From positions 73,271-121,573 of the forward strand of contig JBAZFH010000004.1 of NCBI GenBank assembly GCA_041653535.1: a stretch of 48,303 nt of DNA, given 5' to 3'. A program made the translations under genes and the position numbers. The stretch comes from Patescibacteria group bacterium. GTDB lineage: Bacteria > Patescibacteriota > Patescibacteriia > JACRDY01. Of this stretch, positions 7,464 to 18,262 are shown one piece after another. How positions within the stretch are numbered: position 1 is the stretch's first letter; every line of letters starts with the position of its first letter. The notes beneath the pieces were generated by a model. That model saw only the letters and a list, made by a program, of their open reading frames with translations. It made no database searches and had not been told where the DNA came from.

Positions 7464-7883
7464 TTAGGAAACTTCTTCGAAATCCCATCCACCGTCTTTC
7501 TGATAGATCCAGAGCATTTGGACGTCCATACCATGCCACTTGGCGCTAATCTTTTCTTTCAACTTGCGCATGTCATCAACCAGATACTTTTTGGCATCTT
7601 CGGTCGAAGCAAACGCCGCCGTCCCGCCATAAGCGCCACAGTCTTCGTGCTGAGTAAGAATCACTCGATTGCTACCGTGTAATTCGTGTGACAACTCGAT
7701 CTGCCGAAAAAGAAAACCGGCTTCAACACTGTCGGGATCGGCGACAAAAGTTTTACAAGCGCCGGCGACAGACACTAAATCGATATCACCGACATAACTA
7801 TGAATTACAAGCCATTTTTCGATTGCTTCGTGCAGCCGAAAATCCATGCATCGAACTAAAATATTCCTACAGTTGTGTGACAT
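7464..7883 (-). CDS. small beta-carbonic-anhydrase-like protein (putative)
   Basis: Has CMDFR (CxDxR) and HEDCG (HxxC), spaced as in beta-class carbonic anhydrase zinc ligands. Only 139 aa, so the function is uncertain. Confidence 0.45.
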   Translation of the reverse strand: MSHNCRNILVRCMDFRLHEAIEKWLVIHSYVGDIDLVSVAGACKTFVADPDSVEAGFLFRQIELSHELHGSNRVILTQHEDCGAYGGTAAFASTEDAKKYLVDDMRKLKEKISAKWHGMDVQMLWIYQKDGGWDFEEVS

Positions 7884-7934
7884 ATTGATAAATTATTTTA
7901 GATTATTATAAATTAATGTCTTGGTCAACGCAGA

Positions 7935-8375
7935 CTATTTATCTAACGGTTGGTTTGGTAAATTGCGGTATTTTTTCTTTTTGGCAACCTTAATCCGCAC
8001 CAACTCTCTTTCGATTTGGGCGCTCAGCGCGGCAAACTCTTCGGAATCGAAACGTTTTTCGGAAAGCAACTTTTCCGCCCTGGCTTTCGCTTCTTCGGCT
8101 CGCTTCTCGTCTATTTCTTCGGCATATTCGGCGCTGTCAGCAAGGATAGTCACCTTATCTGGCAATACTTCAATAAAACCACCGGCGATGGCAAATATCG
8201 CTTCCTCACCGTCTTTGACAGTACGCAGTTCTCCCGGTAAAACAGCCGAAACCAAAGGAATGTGCCCTGGTAGTACCGTAATTTCCCCTTGCACGGTCGG
8301 AATAGTAACCTGGTCGACTTCTTGCGAGTAAACCTTGCGCTCCGGAGTGGTAATTTCGAATTTTATTTTTTTCAT
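7935..8375 (-). CDS. atpC: F1 ATP synthase subunit epsilon
   Basis: Last gene of the atp operon. Typical N-terminal beta-sandwich sequence (ITTPERKVY...VTIPTVQGEITVLPGHIPLV). Confidence 0.9.
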   Translation of the reverse strand: MKKIKFEITTPERKVYSQEVDQVTIPTVQGEITVLPGHIPLVSAVLPGELRTVKDGEEAIFAIAGGFIEVLPDKVTILADSAEYAEEIDEKRAEEAKARAEKLLSEKRFDSEEFAALSAQIERELVRIKVAKKKKYRNLPNQPLDK

Positions 8376-8437
8376 AATAAACAGTAGTTAGTCTTTAGTG
8401 GTTAGGCATATTTCTAACATCCTGACTTCCTAACCCC
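8376..8437 (-). repeat. atpD-atpC intercistronic module: purine-rich arm, loop, phased CTA heptamers ending at the atpC ATG
   Basis: Minus strand: GGGGGTTAGGAAGTCAGGATGTTAG-AAATATG-C-CTAACCA-CTAAAGA-CTAACTA-CTGTTTA-TT-ATG. Confidence 0.5.
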
Positions 8438-9876
<1,439 letters not shown>

Positions 9877-9890
9877 TTATTAATTTGTAA

Positions 9891-10808
9891 CTATTCCAAC
9901 GCTGCCTTACCGCCGGCAATTTCGGCTATTTCCCTGGTAATTGCCGCCTGCCGCGCCTGGTTATATATCAACGTTAACTCATTAATCATGTCGCCGGCGG
10001 CGTCGCTAGCGTTACGCATCGCCAACATTCGAGCGCTGTGTTCAGAAGCATTGCTTTCCAGTAAAGCCTGATAAACCTGAACTTCCAGTAATCTGGGTAA
10101 CAATTCCTGCAAAATAATTTTGGGATTTGGTTCAAATAAATACTCAAAATTTTGTTGCTCAACCGAACCGTCGACACTATCAACCGCTTTTTCGACTATG
10201 CCTAGCATTTGGTCGGGATCAGGAATTATCGGCAAAATCTGTTTGGTGCGCGCTATTTGTCGCAGTGAAGAAATATAGTCGGTATAAACCAAAACCACCT
10301 GATCATATTTACCGGACAAAAAATCTTTAACCAGCATTTTGGCAAGCGGTCTAATACTGAGAGAGTTTTCCACCACGTCGGCTTTTTCAAACTCAGCGAC
10401 CAGATTATATCCCATTCGGGAAATGATTTTTGCCGACTTTCTACCCAGCACCAAAAAATCAGCAGCTAGTTCCGGGTTTTTTTCCTGAGCCCGTCGTAAA
10501 TATTCTTTAGCCACCCTGACTACCTGTTGGTTAAAAGAACCGCACAATCCCCTGTTGGAACTGACTAAAACCAAAGCGATTTTTTTGACTTGTGCCCGAC
10601 GGGTAAGCAACGGGTGCAGTCCGGATTTAGTTTTTCCGGCAACGCTTAAAACCAGCTGCCAAGCAAGCGTAGCGTAAGGACGAGTCGCCAAAACGCCGCC
10701 AACCGCTTTACGCATTTTGGAAGAAGACACCATTTCCATGGCTTTGGTAATTTTTTTAGTGTTTTTCACCGATTTGATCCGGCGAACTATATCCCTAGTA
10801 CTAGGCAT
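9891..10808 (-). CDS. atpG: F1 ATP synthase subunit gamma
   Basis: The ATG at 10808 gives the canonical MPSTRDIVRRIKSVKNTKKITKAMEMV. The ORF-track start at 10856 is a TTG extension. Confidence 0.9.
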   Translation of the reverse strand: MPSTRDIVRRIKSVKNTKKITKAMEMVSSSKMRKAVGGVLATRPYATLAWQLVLSVAGKTKSGLHPLLTRRAQVKKIALVLVSSNRGLCGSFNQQVVRVAKEYLRRAQEKNPELAADFLVLGRKSAKIISRMGYNLVAEFEKADVVENSLSIRPLAKMLVKDFLSGKYDQVVLVYTDYISSLRQIARTKQILPIIPDPDQMLGIVEKAVDSVDGSVEQQNFEYLFEPNPKIILQELLPRLLEVQVYQALLESNASEHSARMLAMRNASDAAGDMINELTLIYNQARQAAITREIAEIAGGKAALE

Positions 10809-10867
10809 AAAATAGCTTTCGGCTTTCAACACGCGGCGATAGACCGCGGGCTGCAAGCTTAATGCGT

Positions 10868-12388
10868 CTATTTAATTATATAATCCAGTGTCTGCTTGTA
10901 ATCGTTAACCAAATTTTTTATTCCATTTTCTATTTCTTCAGTCAAATCTTTTTTACTGACAATTTCTTGTAGCACCTTCTTACCGTTAATATCCAGATAT
11001 TTATGAAAACCGGCCTCAAATTCCTGTACTTTCTCCACTGGCACATCATTGAGATATCCGTTGATACCGACATAAATAATAATTACCTGATGATCAATCG
11101 ACATCGGTACATACTGACCTTGCTTAAGTATTTCTTGCATGCGCTGACCAAGACTTAACTGATTACGGGTAGTTTCGTCCAAATCAGAACCAAACTGGGC
11201 GAAAGCGGCGAGTTCGCGATATTGCGCCATGCTAAGTTTTAGCTTACCCGCTACTTTTTTCATCGCCTTTATCTGTGCAGCTGATCCGACGCGAGAAACG
11301 GAAATACCTGTATTAAGAGCCGGACGGACACCTTGATAAAACAAATCGCTCTCCAAAAAAATCTGTCCGTCGGTAATAGAAATAACATTAGTCGGAATAT
11401 AAGCCGAAACGTCTCCGGCCTGAGTTTCGATAATCGGTAAAGCAGTCAACGAACCACCGCCATTTTCCTGGCTAAGTTTGGCGGCACGTTCCAATAAACG
11501 AGAATGTAGATAAAAAATATCTCCTGGATAAGCTTCTCGTCCTGGCGGACGGCGCAAGAGTAAAGATATTTCTCGATAAGCGACGGCGTGTTTAGATAAA
11601 TCATCGTATACTACCAAAACATCTTTTCCTTGATCCATAAAATATTCACCCATAGCGCAACCAGCATAAGGAGCAATGTAAGAAAGCGAAGCCGGATCAG
11701 AAGCGCCGGCTACCACCACGATGGTATATTCCATGGCTCCGCGCTTTTCTAGTTCGGCAACGATACGAGCAATTTTTGATTCCTTTTGACCGATCGCCAC
11801 ATAAATGCAAATAACGTTTTGACCTTTTTGGTTGATAATCGTGTCGATGGCAATAGCGGTTTTACCGGTTTGACGATCGCCGATAATCAATTCACGCTGA
11901 CCGCGACCAATGGGAATCATAGCATCAATCGCCTTAATACCGGTTTGTAGAGATTGGCGAACCGCTTCGCGGGTGATAACGCGAGGAGCAATTTTCTCTA
12001 CCGGATAATAAGTAGCAGCTTTAATATCTCCTTTGCCGTCTAACGGCGCCCCGAGCGGATCGACTACCCTACCGATTAGCCCGTCTCCCACCGGAACTTC
12101 CAATATTCTGCCGGTAGTTTTTACCGTATCACCTTCTTTTATCCCCACATAATCGCCCAAAATCATTGCCCCAACAGATTCTTCTTCCAGATTTAGCGCC
12201 ACGCCAAAAATTTTCCCGGGAAACTCCAACATTTCCGAAGACATGCATTCAGACAACCCGGCGATACGGGCGATGCCATCTCCGACTTCAACCACCGTAC
12301 CGGTGTTTTCCAGCCTTACTCCGGTTTTAAAATCCTTAATCTGTTTTTTTAGACTTTCAATAATGTAATCTTTTGTAGTGCTAGACAT
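10868..12388 (-). CDS. atpA: F1 ATP synthase subunit alpha
   Basis: Walker A GDRQTGKT and overall AtpA similarity. Confidence 0.97.
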   Translation of the reverse strand: MSSTTKDYIIESLKKQIKDFKTGVRLENTGTVVEVGDGIARIAGLSECMSSEMLEFPGKIFGVALNLEEESVGAMILGDYVGIKEGDTVKTTGRILEVPVGDGLIGRVVDPLGAPLDGKGDIKAATYYPVEKIAPRVITREAVRQSLQTGIKAIDAMIPIGRGQRELIIGDRQTGKTAIAIDTIINQKGQNVICIYVAIGQKESKIARIVAELEKRGAMEYTIVVVAGASDPASLSYIAPYAGCAMGEYFMDQGKDVLVVYDDLSKHAVAYREISLLLRRPPGREAYPGDIFYLHSRLLERAAKLSQENGGGSLTALPIIETQAGDVSAYIPTNVISITDGQIFLESDLFYQGVRPALNTGISVSRVGSAAQIKAMKKVAGKLKLSMAQYRELAAFAQFGSDLDETTRNQLSLGQRMQEILKQGQYVPMSIDHQVIIIYVGINGYLNDVPVEKVQEFEAGFHKYLDINGKKVLQEIVSKKDLTEEIENGIKNLVNDYKQTLDYIIK

Positions 12389-12413
12389 AAAATAAATTTA
12401 AATATTATATTTT

Positions 12414-12815
12414 TTAAATAATGTTTTGCCGCAAATCGTCCAAACAGGTATTAATACTGGCATCTAAAATCTGGTCGCCGATTTTCAAGACCATACCGCC
12501 CAGCAGACCCTCGTCAACCACATTGTTAACATTTATCTTGACAGCCCGATTAATTTTTTTTATCTTCTCTACCAAACTTTTCTTTGCCGCTTGGTCTAAC
12601 GGTCGCGCCGAGTAAACAACAACATCGATCACTCCAGTTTGCTGCTTGTCATACTCGGTAAACTCCTCGATTATCCGATCTGCTAGTTTTAAACTTTTAT
12701 TTTTAAAAAGCATTCCAACCAAATTTTCAGCTGCTTGGTCAACCTGGGTCTTACTCATATCTGCGGTTGCTTGATAAAAAGCGGCGGCGTATTTTTTAGC
12801 AGAAAGCTTTTTCAT
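12414..12815 (-). CDS. atpH: F1 ATP synthase subunit delta (short form)
   Basis: Sits between atpF and atpA. OSCP-like C-terminal segment (VDEGLLGGMVLKIGDQILDAS). At 133 aa it is shorter than typical delta subunits. Confidence 0.8.
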   Translation of the reverse strand: MKKLSAKKYAAAFYQATADMSKTQVDQAAENLVGMLFKNKSLKLADRIIEEFTEYDKQQTGVIDVVVYSARPLDQAAKKSLVEKIKKINRAVKINVNNVVDEGLLGGMVLKIGDQILDASINTCLDDLRQNII

Positions 12816-12822
12816 AAATTAA

Positions 12823-13320
12823 TTATTTTATCTTCTCTATTGCATCTTCTATTACTTTTTTGTCGATATCTTTGGTCAAAGCGCTGCCAAGAACCTTTTT
12901 TGTGACAGCCACTACCAAATCTGCGACTTCTGTTTTAGCCGCAGACACCATCTTGTCTTTTTCCGCCGCCAGCTGTTCTTTGCCCTGGTTTACCAATTTG
13001 GCGACATCTTCCTTGGTTTTATTTATTGTTTCTTTACGATTTTCCTCAGCCTGTACCTGGGTTTGAGCTAAAATCTCCAAAGACTCTCTTTTAATTTCAG
13101 CAATTTTCTCTTCTCTTTCCTTTTTACTACTCTTGACACGCTCTTCGATTTCTTGGGCGTCGCGCAAACTTTTTTCTATTTTTGCCGAACGCTCATTCAT
13201 AGTCTTGAGTAAAGGTTTGAGCGCAAAAAACCACAAAACCAAAAGAACAATAACAAAATTTACCAGCTGAGCGATAACCAATTTTACGTCAAGATGAAAC
13301 GTTTCAATTAATGATTCCAT
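12823..13320 (-). CDS. atpF: Fo ATP synthase subunit b
   Basis: Single N-terminal TM helix followed by a long charged helix. Operon position fits. Confidence 0.85.
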   Translation of the reverse strand: MESLIETFHLDVKLVIAQLVNFVIVLLVLWFFALKPLLKTMNERSAKIEKSLRDAQEIEERVKSSKKEREEKIAEIKRESLEILAQTQVQAEENRKETINKTKEDVAKLVNQGKEQLAAEKDKMVSAAKTEVADLVVAVTKKVLGSALTKDIDKKVIEDAIEKIK

Positions 13321-13392
13321 ATTGGGTAGCTAATATTTTTTAACCCCGAAGGACTAGTCTAAAACGACTGATCCTCCGTTCGTCAAAAAGTA

Positions 13393-13632
<240 letters not shown>

Positions 13633-13705
13633 TTAGACTGTTTTTTTGTTTATAGTCCCCTGATGATCATTTAATTATTTCCTAATTAATAATGACTAAC
13701 AGACA

Positions 13706-13745
13706 GTAGTTAGTGGTTAAAAAAATCTAACAACTAAACACTGGC
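13706..13745 (-). repeat. second copy of the hairpin module (after the atpB stop)
   Basis: Plus strand GTAGTTAGTGGTTA-AAAAAAAT-CTAACAACTAAACACT aligns with 9826..9874. Same A7T loop and the same AAACACT tail. Confidence 0.55.
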
Positions 13746-13751
13746 AACTAG

Positions 13752-14624
13752 TTAATGTTCTTCTGCCGTACTGGCAATAGTCAAATAAACTAAAGTCAAG
13801 ACTGCAAAAATTAAAGCCTGAATAATACCGACGATTATCTCTAAAAACATAAAAGGAATCGGCAGAATAAAGGCAAATAAAGCCGCCATGGAACTAAGCA
13901 GTACTTCTCCGGCAAAAATATTACCGAATAACCGGAAGGATAAAGAGGCGACTTTGGCAACTTCACCGATAACCTCAACTATGCCGACAAAAGCCTTGAT
14001 CGGGTTTACTAGTACAATCGCCGGATCACGCAAAACTTTTTTCGGAATTTCGGCTAAAGCTTTAAGATTGATAAATTTATTAAAATGTTTCCAAAAACCA
14101 ATCATCAATACCCCGGCAATATGCGAACCGACAACGGCGAACAATGAAAGCGCTAACGTAGTGTTCAAATCAGCCGTACCGCCGCGAAATAATGGAATAA
14201 ATACTTTATGACCTTCTGCAACTTCATTAAAACCGATCGAACCGACTCCCGGCAACAATCCCAGCCAATTGTTTAAAAGAACAAACAAAAAAAGAGCGAA
14301 GGCAATGGGAAAAAATTTCAGCGACTTTGCCCTGCTGCCGGTAACGGTATCGCAAAGATTCAGCGCCCCGTCAACAACCATTTCGAAAATATTTTGAATA
14401 CCTTTTGGTGTTTCTTTCAATCGCAAACGCACGGCCAATGACAATACAACAACTAATATAACGACCACCCAAGTATTAATCAACGAATTGGTAACGCCAA
14501 AGCTACCCACATGAAATATCGGTTCAGCAAAAAGAGTCGGCTCATGACCGATTTCGGTCTGTACTTCACTATGAACGCCAGAAATTTGCGTTTCTATATT
14601 GTTGTCGCCAGCTTCACTTGTCAT
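13752..14624 (-). CDS. atpB: Fo ATP synthase subunit a
   Basis: Multi-pass protein with the conserved LSFRLFGNIFAGE motif (essential Arg). Confidence 0.9.
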   Translation of the reverse strand: MTSEAGDNNIETQISGVHSEVQTEIGHEPTLFAEPIFHVGSFGVTNSLINTWVVVILVVVLSLAVRLRLKETPKGIQNIFEMVVDGALNLCDTVTGSRAKSLKFFPIAFALFLFVLLNNWLGLLPGVGSIGFNEVAEGHKVFIPLFRGGTADLNTTLALSLFAVVGSHIAGVLMIGFWKHFNKFINLKALAEIPKKVLRDPAIVLVNPIKAFVGIVEVIGEVAKVASLSFRLFGNIFAGEVLLSSMAALFAFILPIPFMFLEIIVGIIQALIFAVLTLVYLTIASTAEEH

Positions 14625-14892
14625 CTTTTTTTTCTTTTTTATTAAACTCTTCCATTTGTTTTATTGCCGCTCCAGCTTCGCGAACTATACCAAAGGTCGA
14701 AATAACAAAAGCAACCCCAACCGCCGCCAGATAGAGCCAAGGATCGGTACCGTATTTTTTATCAAGCCATTGCCCGATAAATATGGCGCCGATAACCGGA
14801 AAGGCTATCCAACCGCTAAGTTGAAAAAAAAGTATCAACGCGGGACGCCACCACAAATCATTTGAATCCCCGGTTTTTTTATCTTTGGTCAT
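14614..14892 (-). CDS. atpZ: AtpZ/AtpI-like small membrane protein preceding atpB
   Basis: Two TM helices, overlaps the atpB start by 11 nt, and is the first gene of the operon. ATG at 14892 (the ORF-track start at 14901 is TTG). Confidence 0.5.
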   Translation of the reverse strand: MTKDKKTGDSNDLWWRPALILFFQLSGWIAFPVIGAIFIGQWLDKKYGTDPWLYLAAVGVAFVISTFGIVREAGAAIKQMEEFNKKEKKDDK

Positions 14893-14925
14893 ATTTTTCA
14901 AAAGCAGCTACGAAAAAACAACAAT

Positions 14926-14954
14926 ATTATAAAGCACTTTTTATTTTTGGTCAA
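14926..14954 (-). promoter_or_regulatory. atp operon promoter
   Basis: Minus strand: TTGACC (14954..14949), 17-nt spacer, TATAAT (14931..14926). Confidence 0.6.
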
Positions 14955-14997
14955 CAAAAAAATTTTTAGCTTTTAACACCCCCCCCCTCTTCCACTA

Positions 14998-15026
14998 TTG
15001 ACTTACTTGAAAAAATATGGTAAAAA
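14998..15026 (+). promoter_or_regulatory. candidate promoter for the 15086 gene
   Basis: TTGACT (14998..15003), 17-nt spacer, TAAAAA (15021..15026). Confidence 0.4.
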
Positions 15027-15085
15027 TACAAAAACATAAAACAACTACAAAAACACGCTTTTTAAAAAATTAAAAAGGAGAACTA

Positions 15086-15397
15086 TTGAACGCTTTACTT
15101 AACTATTCAGTAATTTTGGCATTTGTCTTCTTGTCAGCCGGCATGATCATCCAGATCAAGAAAACCTTAAAAAGAAAAACCGCTAAGGATATCTCCTTTT
15201 ACGAGGTGCTGGCAAGACTGCTTGCGACAATGATTTTCAGCGCCAAATATCTCATGGTTTCAGACAAAGCGCTGATCATCGGCAGTTCGATTTTCAACAT
15301 CACCTTTCTTGTATATTTTATAATCATCTGCGTAGTGATGGTACAAGAAAAAAAACCAGCTTTTATAGCCGGTTTTTTATTTTACTTTTTTATTTAA
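15086..15397 (+). CDS. PQ-loop / SemiSWEET-like three-helix membrane protein
   Basis: TTG start 8 nt after AGGAG. 103 aa with 3 TM helices. Helix 1 ends in IQIKKTLKRKTAKDIS, resembling the PQ-loop signature with Pro replaced by Ile. Confidence 0.5.
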   Translation: MNALLNYSVILAFVFLSAGMIIQIKKTLKRKTAKDISFYEVLARLLATMIFSAKYLMVSDKALIIGSSIFNITFLVYFIIICVVMVQEKKPAFIAGFLFYFFI

Positions 15398-16260
15398 ATC
15401 CCAAAAAGCTTTTTTGCATTGGCTGTTGTGGTTCTCGCCACTTCTTCAAAACTCACCGCCCTAACCTCGGCAATTTTTTTTGCAACAAACTCGACATAAA
15501 TCGGTTCGTTACGTTCTCCTCGATGCGGTTCGGGTGCCAAAAAAGGCGCATCGGTTTCCACTAATATTTTTTCCAGCGGTATAATTTTTGCTATCTCCCG
15601 CAATTCCAATGATTTTTTAAAAGTAATAATACCGGTAAAACCAATATAAAAACCAAAATCAATAAACCCTTTTGCTTGGACCAGATTGCCTCCAAAACAA
15701 TGCACTACCCCTTTTAATTTTTTATTTTTTACTTTTAATCTTAAAATTTCTAACAAATCGTCATACGCCCCGTAAACGTCTTTCTTTGTTCCCCGACAAT
15801 GCAAAACCAAGGGCAGATTGAGTTCATCTGCCAAATCAATAAATTTGTTTAAAGTTTCCACTTGAATTTTTTTTATCTTATCAGGATCATCTTTCATTTC
15901 GTCAAAGTAATAATAGTCTAACCCCACTTCTCCTAACGCAACCACCTTATCTGATGATTTCGCCAACTTCCTGTACGTGTCATAATCAAAAACTTCCTGA
16001 CGAGTAACAAATTTATATTCCTTGCCATCAAATTTTGCCGATTCGGTAATATCCTGCGTCAGATGAATCGGATGCAAGCCGACCACCGCATAAACACCTT
16101 TTTGATAATTTTGCGCAATTTTTATAGTGCGCCGCGAGGTTGAAAGCTGCGAACCGATATTAACGAGCCAAGTATTATTAGCCAAAGAACGCCGAATAAC
16201 ATCTTCGGCGTCTTTACTATAAGCGTTAAAATTTACATGACAATGGGAATCAACCAACAT
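15394..16260 (-). CDS. tatD: TatD family metal-dependent hydrolase
   Basis: N-terminal DSHCH motif and overall TatD/YabD pattern. Confidence 0.85.
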   Translation of the reverse strand: MLVDSHCHVNFNAYSKDAEDVIRRSLANNTWLVNIGSQLSTSRRTIKIAQNYQKGVYAVVGLHPIHLTQDITESAKFDGKEYKFVTRQEVFDYDTYRKLAKSSDKVVALGEVGLDYYYFDEMKDDPDKIKKIQVETLNKFIDLADELNLPLVLHCRGTKKDVYGAYDDLLEILRLKVKNKKLKGVVHCFGGNLVQAKGFIDFGFYIGFTGIITFKKSLELREIAKIIPLEKILVETDAPFLAPEPHRGERNEPIYVEFVAKKIAEVRAVSFEEVARTTTANAKKLFGI

Positions 16261-16303
16261 AAGCAGCGGAGACAGGTATTTAATGCATTATTACCAAAAA
16301 ATT

Positions 16304-16813
16304 TTAAATTACGCTCTTTAACTGCCGTAACAATTCCGGCAAAAGCGGCGCCAAAAATTTAGCCATAGTAACAAACCAAGGAGTAATACTGGAATTTTGC
16401 AACTGTAATGTCAACCATTCATTTATCGGATATCGGGCAATAAAAAATAAAACTAATCCCAAAGTAAAAGCACCTTCTAAAAAACCAAGTAACCCGCCGG
16501 CAAGACGATTGATACCGCTTAAAAAAGGAATAAAAGTGACAAATTCAAACATGCGATCAAAAAAGTAAAATACTAACCCGACTAAACGATTGACAAAAAT
16601 CAAAATAATTACAAAAGATATCACTTTTCCCAAATCACCGTCACCCCAAATAAAAGAGCCCCAGCTGGCTAATCCCAGATAATAATGACCGGCAATAAAA
16701 GCGCCGGCGGCTATGCCGACTAAAGACCCCAAAGCATGAATAAAACCAAACCATAAACCAAAAAGCACGAAACCGCCAAGAAGAATCAATAAAACGAGAT
16801 CAAAAATTGCCAT
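16304..16813 (-). CDS. CvpA family membrane protein
   Basis: Four-helix pattern starting MAIFDLVLLILLGGFVLFG, typical of colicin V production protein homologues. ATG at 16813 (the ORF-track start is TTG). Confidence 0.6.
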   Translation of the reverse strand: MAIFDLVLLILLGGFVLFGLWFGFIHALGSLVGIAAGAFIAGHYYLGLASWGSFIWGDGDLGKVISFVIILIFVNRLVGLVFYFFDRMFEFVTFIPFLSGINRLAGGLLGFLEGAFTLGLVLFFIARYPINEWLTLQLQNSSITPWFVTMAKFLAPLLPELLRQLKSVI

Positions 16814-16844
16814 AAGCAACTTTTTATTAATTATTTTTATTTAT

Positions 16845-16976
16845 TCAAACTGTATAAAAAATAATAATAACGATGATGCAAACCACTGCCAGAATCCCCC
16901 AATACAAAACCGGTCGTTCTTTTTTTTGTTTCTGACGTTCCTCAATATTATATTTTTGAGCAATATTTTGATCCAT
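16845..16976 (-). CDS. unlisted 43-aa ORF, C-terminal TM helix (hypothetical)
   Basis: MDQNIAQKYNIEERQKQKKERPVLYWGILAVVCIIVIIIFYTV*. Fills the rsmI-cvpA gap. Below the ORF-track size cutoff. Confidence 0.3.
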   Translation of the reverse strand: MDQNIAQKYNIEERQKQKKERPVLYWGILAVVCIIVIIIFYTV

Positions 16977-16997
16977 AATAATTTAAAAAATTACGTC

Positions 16998-17675
16998 CTA
17001 TTTTTTACCCTCAATAATAACCGCGAATTCTCCTTTTACTATACCATTTTTCAGCTCTAGTTCAAGCTCCTGCGCCGTTCCGCGGTAAATCGTTTCAAAT
17101 TTTTTGGTCAACTCACGACCGATAACCACTTGCCTGTCAGCGACACCGAAAACAATCAATTCTCCAATCAACTTAATTATGCGATGACAGGATTCATAAA
17201 GAATAATAGTCCTACTACTGGCGATAATTTCCTTTAAAAGAGTCTGCCTGCCTTTTTTGTGCGGCAAAAAACCAAGAAACAAAAACTGGTCGCATGAAAA
17301 TCCCGCCACTGAAGCCAGAACTGCCAACGCCGTCGGACCGGGAATCGGTACGATTTGTACCTGTGAACCAAAACGTTCGATCGCTTTTTTGACTAAATAA
17401 TTTCCCGGATCAGATATTCCCGGCGTACCAGCATCAGAAACTAAAGCAATATTGCTGCCTTCGCGCAGTTTATTTAAGATAAAATCTATTTTTTCTATCT
17501 TACTATGCTGATGATAACTTAATGTTGGTTTTTCCAGATGATAATGTTCCAAAAGTTTTTTGGTTTGTCGAGTGTCTTCGCACAAAATCAAATCAACCCC
17601 TTTCAAAATATCCAATGTCCGCAGGGTAATGTCCGCTAGATTGCCGATAGGGGTGGCGACAATATATAAAAACAT
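16998..17675 (-). CDS. rsmI: 16S rRNA (cytidine1402-2'-O)-methyltransferase
   Basis: VATPIGNLADITLRTLDILKGVDLILCEDTRQT signature. Confidence 0.9.
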   Translation of the reverse strand: MFLYIVATPIGNLADITLRTLDILKGVDLILCEDTRQTKKLLEHYHLEKPTLSYHQHSKIEKIDFILNKLREGSNIALVSDAGTPGISDPGNYLVKKAIERFGSQVQIVPIPGPTALAVLASVAGFSCDQFLFLGFLPHKKGRQTLLKEIIASSRTIILYESCHRIIKLIGELIVFGVADRQVVIGRELTKKFETIYRGTAQELELELKNGIVKGEFAVIIEGKK

Positions 17676-17694
17676 AAAAAAATAATTATTTTCT

Positions 17695-17838
17695 CTACAC
17701 TGCTTTTTCCGCAGCTGCCCCTACTAACTCCATGTTTTGTCCGCAGCAAACTAATATCCCGCCGCCGGCCTTAGTCACTTCGACCTCATTACCACAAATG
17801 GCGCAATAATATTTTTCGCCGATTTTTTTAACAGCCAT
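17695..17838 (-). CDS. desulforedoxin (47 aa), not in the ORF track
   Basis: MAVKKIGEKYYCAICGNEVEVTKAGGGILVCCGQNMELVGAAAEKAV*. The CxxC...CC spacing and GGG-LVCCG match the desulforedoxin / Dfx centre I domain. Confidence 0.7.
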   Translation of the reverse strand: MAVKKIGEKYYCAICGNEVEVTKAGGGILVCCGQNMELVGAAAEKAV

Positions 17839-17849
17839 ATTATTTTTTA

Positions 17850-18191
17850 TTATTTGGTTAAGACAATTTTTATCTTATTTTCCCAGATACCATGAATATT
17901 GCATTCTTCTAAAAATCGCAAATCCGTATCCTGGTCAAATTTCAAAGTAAACTCCGTTTCTGGTGGCGTATTAGGTTCCAGTTTATTTTTTGCAATCAAA
18001 ATATCGCCATTATAAACGGCCACCCACATAATATAATGTTCCGGCATCATCGGATGAACAATCTCCCCTATTTTTACTTTAAGCTTAAATTCCTTGCCAG
18101 CTTTTATTTTTTTAGGCAACTCTACAAAAGGAATATGCTTTTTTTCAAAATCATTTAGATAATTGAGGTCTTTTGGTTGTTTTATTTCCAT
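17850..18191 (-). CDS. superoxide reductase (neelaredoxin-type, single domain)
   Basis: Iron ligand motifs EKKHIP, HPMMPEHYI and CNIHGIW. Confidence 0.85.
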   Translation of the reverse strand: MEIKQPKDLNYLNDFEKKHIPFVELPKKIKAGKEFKLKVKIGEIVHPMMPEHYIMWVAVYNGDILIAKNKLEPNTPPETEFTLKFDQDTDLRFLEECNIHGIWENKIKIVLTK

Positions 18192-18227
18192 AAATTTAGT
18201 AGCCTTATGAATTAATTTGCTACAAAA

Positions 18228-18256
18228 ATTATACCAAAATTAGCCCAAAAAATCAA
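18228..18256 (-). promoter_or_regulatory. promoter of the SOR-desulforedoxin pair
   Basis: Minus strand: TTGATT (18256..18251), 17-nt spacer, TGg-TATAAT (18233..18228). Confidence 0.5.
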
Positions 18257-18262
18257 ATGCCT

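Noticed and set aside
10809-10856. N-terminal extensions in the ORF track for atpG, and likewise atpZ-like 14901, cvpA-like 16819, regulator 20330, tpiA 26300, pilin 26889, rpsJ 34288, tuf 35517, ftsL-like 43140, rsmH 44118 and the 6776 start
   Set aside because: The extended starts are TTG or GTG codons, or upstream ATGs lacking support. A downstream ATG gives the canonical conserved N-terminus in each case.
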